Below, piece after piece: positions 25,418-37,936 of a DNA stretch of 64,000 nt. The position numbers were made by a program, and so were the translations under genes. How positions within the stretch are numbered: the first letter of the stretch is position 1; each line of letters starts with the position of its first letter. This DNA comes from Octopus vulgaris (Eukaryota), in NCBI GenBank assembly GCA_951406725.2, contig OX597837.1, positions 47,058,001-47,122,000 of the forward strand, given 5' to 3'. Under the pieces are notes generated by a model that had not been told where the DNA came from, did not search any database, and worked only from the letters and a program-made list of their open reading frames with translations.

Positions 25418-26339
25418 GTCACAGCAAGATAATATGTCTCTGGCCAGTTGAGTTTGATAAGTCACCTATACAACTAAGCACTTTATAAATACAAATCCTA
25501 TGGTCACCCCCTGACTGCCCATAACAAACAACCTTCTAAACATATTACAGCTCCAATGTTTTAGAGGGTGCTTCTTTTTCAGGTATCTGAACTACTGACA
25601 ATATCTTATATATATGTACATACATGTTTATGAATTTGTTTTGCAAGATTCCTGATGTGAAATCATGTGTTGAAACATATATTTCTGGATGGTCGTTTTT
25701 TAAATTTTATTTTTTAAATATTTTTGCCAAATAAACACACACACAAGATATTCGTTCTTCACTTGTTTATTATTGTTGTTATTCTATCTCATGTCCAGTC
25801 TGGAAATCTTTCAGCACACATCTGTGACCTCTTCACTGACCCTTTTCATCCATGTGTATCCTCCTATAGTGATTGTCAGTAAGTGACATCCTATAATTTT
25901 TATAATTGCATGCGAGAAAGAGGTGGGTACGTAAATGACAAGAAAATAAGAATTTGTAAGACGTTTGTAATAAGTCATAACATATTTATTACTGGATGTA
26001 ATTCACAGAAAGTGAATGCATATACAACAGAAATACAGAGCATAAGATGAATGTCTCAGCATGTTGAGTTAAGATGGAATTTGTTTACCAGTTCGAAAGT
26101 GAGGTACATGATAGAAAGTTCTATAACAGGATGTTGTGGACACGAGGCATTTCTTGCGTCATTTCTTGGGAATCATCAACTTTACAGAAGATTCATACCT
26201 AAATGTGTAGACAAGTTACTTCCCTTGACTTAACTATTCAAAGCAAAAGAAAGAAAAAAATTCTCCTCTCACTTTATCTGCCGAGGCATTAATCTTCTTT
26301 TGAGTCAATCAAGAAGGAAAGAGCTTCTGTTCCTTTGCT

Positions 26340-26794
26340 TGCACATCCAGTTCCTGATGCTTGTCTCTCTTTAACAGTTGATGCATGGGATTCTGCGGTC
26401 GGTGCTGTTTTACAACATTCCGTCCATAATCAAGCTCGACCTTTGGGCATTCTTTGCTCGTCAATTAAATCCAGCTGAACATCGTTACAGTACATTTGAA
26501 CGTGAACTCTTAACGATCTACATGTCGGTTCGTCCTTTGCAACATCAATTCGAGGGCCGAGATTTTATGATTTATACTGATCCCAAGCTTCTTATGTTTG
26601 CTCTGCCATCTATCAAAGACAGACACTCACCTCGTGCTTTTTGTCACCTGGACTACATTTCTCAGTTCACAAGTGACATTCGGCATATGCCAGGAACAGA
26701 GAATGTACCAACTGACGCACTCTCTCGTCTCCCAGTGGGTTCTCTTGCTGCAATCGATTTAACTGCCATTGCGCAGTTAAATTTGTGGGATTAG
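26340..26794 (+). mobile_element. Gypsy/Ty3 LTR retrotransposon RNase H remnant
   Basis: AFFARQLNPAEHRYSTFERELL...FEGRDFMIYTDPKLL...ISQFTSDIRHMPGTENVPTDALSR. Confidence 0.9.
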
Positions 26795-27802
26795 CCAGCT
26801 CTGTTTTTTTACCGAAAAGGCTCCTCCCATGATTTTTATGTTAAAGAGGAAAATGGCAAAAACCGGTCTGGATAGTTATCATTGTAAGGCTTACAACATT
26901 CCAAAGTCATAATAACAAAATCACTTTTAATTTTTTTACAAAAATTATACCATTATTTAAAAAAATTTTCATTTAATGAATAATGTTTTTAACATTACGT
27001 ACACATTAATAGAATAAACTGTTGGTTTCCCAAATAGCAAATTAAAACATAAAATGAAAACATTAAACGAGAAAGTGAGAGACTTTACAAATGAAAATGG
27101 AATACTCTGCAGGGAATATTTAAATTTGTGAAGAATTGGACACAGTGAATGCAATGAATATTTAAACTTGTAAGAAATTGGAATTAAAAAATTTAATAAC
27201 CTTGAGAAATCAAAATTATAGGAAATTTCTTAGACATGAATTTATAAAAATATTTCCAACGGTCAACCCTTTAATAATTGTTTTCTTTTAGTACTTTTAG
27301 TAATTGTTACATACCTAATTAATAAGCAGCTTTCTCCACTATAGTATAGATATATATATGTATATAAAGTTAATCCAAACATGAAAACACAAAGAGAAAA
27401 CACAACAACACGAGGACGTGGAACAAATATAGTATTATTGGACACTCAGGAAGGAAGGGAAGAAGGAGGGCTTTACATTTCGAGTGGAGCTCTTTGTCAG
27501 AAACATATAATATAAGCGTCCTGTGTTGGTATTCAGTTGGAAGTAATAGCGTTACTGTTTATATTCGATGGAATGTTGGTCTTATAATCACCTCCGCTGT
27601 TATCACAGATGAACCAAAACACAAATTACTGACACAGTCATTCCAACTGAGAATATAAACCAAAATCCAGAGATAAACCATCAATCATGTAAACAGATTC
27701 CAACCCAAGCAGTGATGAGTTGTACCAAACGAAACCAAATCCTTTGGTGACCCTCACTGAAGTAGATATTCCTTCATTTGTTTGTTGTATTTGTTTGTTT
27801 TT

Positions 27803-27808
27803 TTTATT
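27803..27808 (-). promoter_or_regulatory. Candidate PMM polyadenylation signal AATAAA
   Basis: AATAAA on the minus strand about 100 nt after the stop; the context is AT-rich, so chance occurrence is possible. Confidence 0.35.
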
Positions 27809-27906
27809 TTAATTACATTTTTCCAGAACTTTGTATTTTGTTTTTACACGCCCACTAATAATTGAAATAAAAAAATATAATTCAAATAAAAATATGTCGA
27901 TAATTT

Positions 27907-28011
27907 TCATCCCAAAAATAGTTCCTGGAGTTGTTGTATGGTATCAGCAGGATTCTTCACCACGTGACCAATAGTGCGTTTATCTTCGTATATCTCATGG
28001 TCGTTGCCACC
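27907..28011 (-). CDS. PMM2: PMM exon 7 ([34 protein letters not shown])
   Basis: (CT)n tract + cttcag acceptor, GGNDHEI motif, TGA stop. Confidence 0.95.
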   Translation of the reverse strand, partial: GGNDHEIYEDKRTIGHVVKNPADTIQQLQELFLG

Positions 28012-31010
28012 CTGAAGGGAGAGAGAGAGAGAGAGAGAGAGAGGATAAAGAAACAAGAAAAGATATTGGGCTATCAAATCATTTTTTTTCATTTATTCTT
28101 ATTCTTCCCAATGTTATTTGAATTAACATAAAAATTTTCATCATCATTTAGCGTCCGCTCTCCATGCTGGCATGGGTTGGACGGTTCAACTGGGGTCTGT
28201 GAAGCTGGAAGGCTTCATCAGGCCCAGTCAGATCTGGCAGTGTTTCTACGGCTGGATGCCCTTCCTAACGCCAACCACTCCGTGAGTGTACCAACCACTC
28301 CATGAGTGTACCAACCACTCCGTGAGTGTACCAACCATATTAATCAATTTTTTTATGATATATATATGATGAAAAAATAACCACATTAAAATACAAATCC
28401 AGAATCAAAGAAAACACAAACATGAGTGAAGAAAGAAAAAAAATGGGAAAAAATAGCAGAAAGACAAAAAGAAAGAAAGAAAGAGAAAACATCAATTCAA
28501 CACAAAGTGTTTCAATTGACCACAGACCACAACTGTTCAACAGAACCTAGTTTTACTTTAGTGTTTTTGGTGAGTTTTTTTTTTTAGCTCTATTCTTCCT
28601 CTACAACAAAAGTTGCAGAGGAAGAATAAATTTTACCACTTCTAAAACATACTAGCACTATGACCCGGCAGATGATGCTGGGATGCCAAGTAGAAAAAAA
28701 TTCAATTTATCCTTATAACCCATTACAATATTGCTTTTAAATAAATGTTGCATTCAGTAATGTTTCACTGAAGAAGCTTTTAATACATGATTCTGGATTT
28801 GTGCATATATTTGTACCCTTTGCTAAAATTTTCAACCAGATGCAAATCAGTTATTGGTTCATTGCATTCATGATAACGAGAGTGACAAGAGATGATTAGT
28901 GTAACGAGAAAAGTAACCATTTATTGCAATTTTGTATTTGGTTTGTAAGATTCTTGACAGGAAGTCCTGTGTTGAAACAGATTTTGACAGAAACACACAC
29001 ATACAGGTTCTCCTTCACACTCTTACCTTCAAAATTCACACCATGCTACAGGGACAAACATACACACACACTCTGTCTCTCCCCTTTTTATGATTATTCT
29101 TACATCCATATAAATATAGTCTTGTTGGTCAAATGAGCTCCCCATGTCACATTCAGAACCATTCGGGAGACTGAATGGCATCATACTCACTCACATGAAA
29201 CCATCAAAGCATCCAGGAGGACAGCCAAACTACACGAAACTAATCTTTTATTTGTTTCAGTCATTAGACTGTGGCCATGCTACGGCACTTTCTTGAAGAG
29301 TTTTTAGTCATCTGCACCAACTCCATTACTTATTTTCTTTTTAAGCTTGATACTTATTCTATCAATAACTTTTGCTGAACTGCTAAGTTACAGAGACAAA
29401 CACAGATACACACACACATACACGAAAGATTTTCAGTTTCCATCTACCAAATCCATTCACAAGGCTTTGGTCAGCTTGAGGCTATAGTAGAAGACACTTA
29501 CCCAAGGTACAACACAGGGACTAAACACAGAGCCATGTAGTTGAAAAGCAAACTTCTTACCACACAGCCACACCTGTCCATTTTTCCATGTTTGCAGGGG
29601 TCAAATGGAATTTATTGAGGTAAATTCTTACAGCCAGACACTCATCCTGTTGCTAACCCTCAACTGTTTCCAGTTAAGATAATATTTTCCCCATGACAAG
29701 ACATGTTTTCCATGCAAAATGGGGGACAAAGGACACTGTTTGCAAGATGGTGACACTTGTTTGTCACTGTCAGGCAATGCCAAGACAAGGTGACAGTAAC
29801 ACACACACACAATTGATTTCCACACAGTTTCTCTTTACCAAATCCACTCACAAGGCTTTGGTCAGCCTGGGGTTGTAGTACAAGACCCCAAAACCATGTG
29901 CTTGAGAAGCAAACTTCTTACTTCACAGCCACATCTGCACCTAGTCCCAGATAATGTAAGACCTGAAACAAGGCTTGATTAGCTCTCATCATAAATCAGA
30001 CCACTCACAGCTGACCTAGGGTTATACAACAACAACACCAACAACAACTAATCAAGATATCAAAATGGTTTTCCTTACTGGTTGTGTCTTGTCTCCAAAA
30101 AAATGTATTGTCTTGAAGCCATCTCTTTTAATAAATTTCAGGCAGTAACTTTTATTCCAGCCCTCGGGTATGACATCAATACTGATCTGACCACCAATTA
30201 CATAATTTAAACCTAAGTCTGGGAACTTTTCATACAAGGCATCGACGAATTTCTTCCGGACTTGATGTTCCTAAAAGGTTTCAAAGAACAAATAAACAAA
30301 ATGAAACTGGGAAATATCTGGTCAAGCTTGGGTTAAGAGATCATCACCAAACTCAGCAATCATCAGGTTTGTTTACAGAATGGTTACCATTAATAAAAAA
30401 GATTGAATAAAAGCATTAAAGGTGGATTTTTGTTTCACTTGGAGAAAAGATGGTAACTCAGTATTTTAAAAGGTAAGTTATTCCCCTTGGATCGACAGCA
30501 AATTTGCTCATTTTTGGAAATATTTTCATTTAACAGAGAAGCATATAATGTTGTGCTGAAATTATTTAAGCATTTCTGTATATTTTTTTGTGCATGAGCT
30601 ATCGTGTGGTTAGGATGTCTAAGTATACTGGCATTTAGTAGTAGTGGCTTGTTGATATGCCCCAGAATTAAAAGTACATTAAAATGTAGAAGTGTGAAAG
30701 AAGCATGCAAATAGGGATCAGGTTTGGAGAATTGTAGTTTGGCCATCCCAATAAAAGAAGTCTTTCCCAATTTGCTAAAATAGACATGTTTTGATGACAA
30801 AGGGCTAAACATAGAGGGGACAAACAAGGACAGACAAAGGGATTAAGTCGATTACACCGACCCCAGTGCGAAACTGGTACTTTATTTATCGACCCCGAAA
30901 GGATGAAAGGCAAAGTCGACCTCGGTGAAATTTGAACTCAGAACGTAACGATAGACGAAATGCCGCTAAGCATTTCGCCTGGCGCGCTAACGTGTCTGCC
31001 AGCTCGCTGC

Positions 31011-31053
<43 letters not shown>

Positions 31054-33984
31054 CATGAAGGTGCATGACCTTGTGGTTAGGGTGTTGCTAGATCATGGGT
31101 TCAATTTCTAGACTGAGCAGTGTGTTGTGTTCTTGAGCAAGACACTTCATTTCACATTGCTCCAGTTGTGACTCAGCTGCGAAGAGGGAACCCTGCGACA
31201 AAGTAACCCTCTGATCAGGGGCAATGTCTGCCTGCTTGCCTATTCAGCCGGGTGGCACCATTTGAAAGCTAAAAGGATGCAAAGCAAATTGTTTCCAACA
31301 AAAACAGTCAGTAGCCTGGTCAATCAGTTGATATATATATATATAGACACATACACACACATATATAACCTACCTGGTCATATTTACTGAAAGCATCACG
31401 CTCTGCCTGGGAACAACTGCGTCCAATAGGACAAAAATTCATCATACTCTTGCGGAATTCAATAAACGTACCCCTAAAAAATAATAGCAGAAATATTTCA
31501 GTTTGTATCTATACCTGACATAATCAAGGTGGGTAGCTTGAAAAGCTGCTCCCACAGCACACAACAAAAAGACAACAAAAAAAAAGAAACAATGAAGGAA
31601 CTTTTAGAAATAGCAGCCAAGTCACCCTAAATACCAACATAAAAAGGGGCACGTGAGGTAGTCCAAAATACATAATGTTTGAAAACAATGATGCTACTGA
31701 TCAGATCAGTTTCTTCCTCTTTCATCCCCATCTTTACCTGTTCACCATATCATCATCATCATCATCATCGTTTAACATCCACTTTCCATGCTGGCATGCG
31801 TTGGACAAATGACTGAAGGCTGGAGAACCAGATGGCTGCACCAGGCTCCAGTCTTGATCTGGCATAGTTTCTACAGCTGGATGCCTTTCCTAACGCCAAC
31901 CACTCCGAGAGTGTAGTGGATGCTTTTTACGTGCCACTAGCATGGGGCCAGTCAGGCGGTATTGGCAATGACCTCGCTCGAATCTTTTTACACATGCTAC
32001 CAGCACAGGTGCCAGTAAGGCGATGTTGGTAACGATCACGCTCGAATGGTGCCCTTTTACGTGCCACTGGCACGGAAGCCAGTTGGTTGCTCTGGCAACC
32101 AGCACAGTTGAAGGCCAATCTCAAAACAATGAACCTTATGAAGGAGCTGACAAAGGAACAAGAAGATCTGCCCACCACAACAGAAATGAGATCATAAAAC
32201 CCAAGGGGTCAGGTAAACAGCATTGATATGGGTGCTGGTGCCACATGAAAAGCACTGGTAATGATACCCCGTAGAAATCTCCCAGTACACTCTGTGGAGT
32301 GGTCAGCATTAGGAAGGGCATCCAGACATTGAAACCAAGCTGAAACAGACTATAGAATCCTGGTGCAGCCCCTGACCTTGCCAGTTGCTGTCAAGCCGTC
32401 CAACCCATGCCAGCATGGAAAAATGGATGTATGATGATGATGATGATGATGATGGTTCCAGTTTTAATTTCTCCCATTATGCAGAAATCAGCCAAACATT
32501 TGTAAATGGGCAAAAAATAAATGCAAAGATGACAAAATCAATAAATACTGTTTTCAAACAAAAATTACTTTGTGGTATTTATTCTGTGTAAAAGTACACC
32601 CCTACCCCCTCATGCCATCAAAAAAGGGTGTAAATCAGGGATCAGCACATTGCAAAGTTAATAACCAATAATCGTTTATCTTTTATTTGTTTCATTTGCT
32701 TGACTGCAGTCATCCTGGGGCGCCACCTTCAAGGATTTCTTTTAGCAGAACAAATCGAGTGTGGCACTTATTTCTTTTAAAGTCTAGTAACTTATTCTTT
32801 TAGTCTTTTTTACTGAACAACTAAGATACAGGGATATAACCAAACCAACACCAGTTGTCAAGTGTTGGTGGACAAATACACGCATACACACAATATATAT
32901 ATGTATATACACACACACACACACACATATATATAAATATATATATATATATATCATCATCATCATCATCATCATCGTTTAACGTCCGTTTTCCGCGCTA
33001 GCACGGGTTGGACGGTTTCGACCGGGGTCTGGGGAGCTCGGGACTGCCCCAGGCTCCAGTCTAGTCTGGCAGTGTTTCTACAGCTGGATGCCCTTCCTAA
33101 CGCCAACCACTCCGCGAGTGTAGTGGGTGTTTTTTACGTGCCACCTGCACAGGTGCCAGAGGGGTCTGGCATCGGCCACGTTCGGATGGTGCTTTTTATG
33201 GGGGGGGTGCAGAAATATAGGGGAGCACCAGTGGGAGGGGTGGTTCAGAGGACAGGTACTAGGCAAGTAGAACGTAGGATATCGAGAGAGGGGTAATGCA
33301 TGGTGAAATAGCGTATTGAAGAGGGGGTTCAAAGAGTAGACACCTATAATGGTGGTGGGGGGGTGCAGAAATATAGGGGAGCACCAGTGGGAGGGGTGGT
33401 TCAGGGGACAGGTTCTAGGCAAGTAGAACGTAGGATATCGAGAGAGGGGTAATGCATGGTGAAATAGCGTATTGAAGAGGGGGTTCAAAGAGTAGACACC
33501 TATAATGGTGGTGGGGGGTGCAGAAATATAGGGGAGCACCAGTGGGAGGGGTGAGCACCAGTGGGAGGGGTGGTTCAGAGGACAGGTTCTAGGCAAGTAG
33601 AACGTAGGATATCGAGAGAGGGGTAATGCATGGTGAATAGCGTATTGAAGAGGGGGTTCAAAGAGTAGACACCTATAATGGTGGTGGTGGGGGGGCAGAA
33701 ATATAGGGGAGCACCAGTGGGAGGGGTGGTTCAGAGGACAGGTTCTAGGCAAGTAGAACGTAGGATATCGAGAGAGGGGTAATGCATGGTGAAATAGCGT
33801 ATTGAAGAGGGGGTTCAAAGAGTAGACACCTATAATGGTGGTGGGGGGTGCAGAAATATAGGGGAGCACCAGTGGGAGGGGTGGTTCAGAGGACAGGTTC
33901 TAGGCAAGTAGAACGTAGGATATCGAGAGAGGGGTAATGCATGGTGAAATAGCGTATTGAAGAGGGGGGTTCAAAGAGTAGACA

Positions 33985-34042
<58 letters not shown>

Positions 34043-35046
34043 CATATATGCATATACACATACATACAATGGGTTTCTATCAGTTTCCTTCTACCAATCC
34101 ACTCGCAAGACTTTGGTCAACCTTAAGCTATAGTAGAAGACATCTGCCGAAGGTGCCAAGCAGCGGACTGAACCCAGAACCATGTGGCTGGGAAGCCATC
34201 TTCTTTCCACACAGCCATGCCTGCACCTACGTTATCATTCACAAAACATAATATAAGATAAATATAGTTGTGTGGTTATGAAGCCACAGGGTTCCAGGTT
34301 CGGTCCCATCAGGTGGTACTTTCAGCAAGTTTTCTACTATGGCCCTGGGTCAACAAATGCATCTGAATTTAGTAGATGGAAATTGTGCAGAATCCCATTG
34401 TACATTAATGGTTCAGTAAAGGGGGCAAGCTGGTAAAATCGTTAGCGCACTGGGTGAAATGCTTAGAGGTGTTTTGTCTGTCGCTATGTTCTGAGTTCAA
34501 ATTCCACCAAGGTCAACTTTGCCTTTCATCCTTTCAGGATCAATGCAATAAGTACCAGTTATGCACTGAGGTTGATGTAATCAACTACCTCCTCTCCCCA
34601 CAAAACTTTCAAGGCCCTGTGCCTAGAGTAGGAATAATATTAGTGGTTCAGGAAAAGAAGCTAACAGTATAAGTCCCAGACTTTAAGAATATGTTCTGGA
34701 GTGAATTTGTTCAACTAAACCTGTCATGGCAGTGCTCCAGAATGGCCTCAGTCTAACAACTGAAACTAGTAGAAAGGTTTAAATGAAATAAATCCACATT
34801 TTGCTTGCCTTCCTTTTGGATTTTTAAGATTATCCTGATATTACAGCGTCTGCCAGCCTCACCTGGCACCTGTGCCAGTGGCACGTAAAAAGCACCCACT
34901 ACACTCACGGAGTGGTTGGTGTTAGGAAGGGCATCAAGCTGTAGAAACACTGCCAGATCAGACTGGAGCCTGGTGCAGCCTCCTGGTTTCCTAGATCCCC
35001 GGTCGAACCATCTAACTCATGCTAGCATGGAAAGCGGACGTTAAAC

Positions 35047-35081
<35 letters not shown>

Positions 35082-36622
35082 CAACTGAACTGGATTTAAA
35101 TTTAGAAAAGGTAAGTCTGTTGTAGCAGAATAAAAACAGGCAGGAAAATCTCACCGTTTGCATGGAAGTCTTATGGTTGACATATAATGGAGACCAAAAT
35201 TGATGACATCTTGCAGTTTGTCTTCACCGAAATGTTTCTGAATACTCTAAAGTAAAACAGAATAATTCATAGATTACAAAGTGAAAGAAATGAGGTGTTG
35301 TATGGGAGGGTGTAGTGCTGTGTGTACAATGTCATTTGTTGTGTGTGGTGAAACATGTGGCTGAGGCAGATTTGGCTTTCACATTTCTGTTTGGCTTTCA
35401 CATTTCTGTTTGGCATTCACATTTCAATTGATTTCAAATTTGGTGTATTGATGTAGTTTAGTATCTTAATTATTGAAATGAAATTCATTTTTACCATAAA
35501 TCAATAAATAAACATTTAACAGCTTTTAAAGTTTGCAAAGTTTGTGTAATTTTAGCCAGTCAAAATCCACAGGCATATAGGGGCCTGTTTCCATAGCAAG
35601 AAGCCAAGCATGCTTACTCGTGTGGGGCTCTGTAGAGCAAAGTAATAAGCTGCGCTGTGACACTCACCGTTCTATTTTGCATTTCTGAGAGTTTATGTGA
35701 CAGAGTAGATTATGAAAAAATCCTAGAGAGCATCGCAAAATTTTGTTTCTGGATTTTTGATTTTCCTGTTGTATTCATGAACTAAACCTGTTTGTTTTAT
35801 CAAAATTTAACATTTTTGCATGAAAATACGTGTTGTTTACAGTTGTAATGACTTTGATCCTAGGTCTGCTTGATTAGAACAAACCCGAGGTTAAAAATCT
35901 TATAATAATAATAATGAAATTATTGTACACAGTGCTCAGGTGAACCACAACTTGTCAGACAGTGCAGATTAAGCATATGCAGTAATGTACAAATGCCTGG
36001 AAAGCGAACAGTGTATGAGTCAGATCCATGCTTGCGTGTGTATGGAGGGGAGAAAATCAGGTGTAGTGTTGGCGAATCTCAGAAAGCATGGAAGTTTTGA
36101 AGGATGCTGTGCTCCGACAACTAACAACTGATGCCGGCAGTTTGTTCCATGCTTCAGCAACTCTCAGCGTGAAAAAATGTTTCCTAAAGTCATGGAAGGA
36201 GCTGTGCTGTTTTCTGACTTTGTAAATATGTCCACGGGTGTTATAATCCACAACATTCAAAGGTTATAGTTTGGTGTCATTTATAAACACGAGCAGAGAT
36301 GCCTGGCTTTGCTCGGGATTAAAATGGCAAAGATTTTTATTGTTTTACTTGTGTCATTCATGTGACTGCAGCCATGCTGGAGCACCGTTGTTGGTTGAAG
36401 AAATCAACTGCAGGATTTATTCTTTGTAAGCCTAGCACTTTGGCTTACCAGCTCCGGCCAATCTGTCCAACCCATGCCAGCATGGAAAACAGATGCTAAT
36501 GATGATGATGTATGCAGGGTAGAGTAGTGTGTGTGTGTGTGTGTGTGTGTAGAAATGTGTACAGAGGTGCTGGGTAGTGGTGCTGTATGCATGAGTAATG
36601 TGAAGTAACAAAAGATAGCAAC

Positions 36623-36658
<36 letters not shown>

Positions 36659-37060
36659 AACGGAGAAAGATAAAGCTATAACATGACTCACCTCTTCACC
36701 AATTAAATCACCATTCTTGTAAGCAATCACACCATTCTCCGAGAAGAAATAATCAAATTCTTTGATAACTAGAAAAATATACAAAATCAAAAATAGTAAT
36801 TTAATTATATTAGCATTATTTCTATCTGGTCATTCTTAGTTCAAATTCCGCCAAGGTCAACTTTGCCTTTCATCCTTCTGGGGGTCGATAAAATAAGAAC
36901 CAGCTGATCACTGGGGTCAATGTAATTAACTCTCCTGGGATTGCTGGCCTTGTGCTAAAATTTGAAATCTTTATTTCTATCTGGTAAACCAACAGAATTG
37001 TTACAATTTTGGATACATATATATATATACACACACACATATATATATATACATATATAT

Positions 37061-37146
<86 letters not shown>

Positions 37147-37881
37147 ACACACACACACACACATACATATATTATATATGTGTGTGTGTGTGTCCCCAAA
37201 CATATTACTCCATGCATGGATCCATTTTCATGCTTATATCTGCACTTCTTACATGTTAAACTTTTGAAATATTTTACATAGTTTTACAATGGCTTTAATA
37301 ACTTAATTGCTATAATTCCCTAATTAGTTATGTCCATTCTATTAGTGTGAAACCCATTCATGCATGCATGTGTGCGGATTTTCCCTGTCATAGAAAACAA
37401 ATGGAATTTATGTAACTTTCTGCCGAACAACCTGAACAAACGAGTTGTTTCCGGTGATCGAATGTTTTTGTGCTGTGCATTTGCTAACTTCCTCCATCGA
37501 AACGGCATTGCCTGCACAAGTGGACGTTGTGGCACTCATCGCATGTCAAAGTGATCGCAGAGCCATATGAGATGAAGTGTTTTTCCTGAAGCACACAATG
37601 CACCGTCTGCTCCAGGAATTGAAACTACAATGCAGAGATCATGAGCGCAACACCCAAACCACCAAACCACAGGACGTCACATGCATATATGTAGATATGT
37701 GATTCATGATAATGTCCACAGCTACCATATACTCACCATCAGAATTACTTCCCATCTGCTCCACAATCTTTGCTTTGTCAGAGCCTCCCACTAAACCAAC
37801 GGCCACTTTCTGCTGTAAGGCCTTTAAAGATTCTTTCATTTCACCACTGATTACCTGCAAGAGACAGTACAACAAGTGTCA

Positions 37882-37936
<55 letters not shown>

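Noticed and set aside
33078-33869. 263-aa repetitive ORF; also considered as a CRISPR-like array
   Set aside because: Product of a 155-bp tandem repeat that shifts frame between units; no unique spacers and no cas genes.
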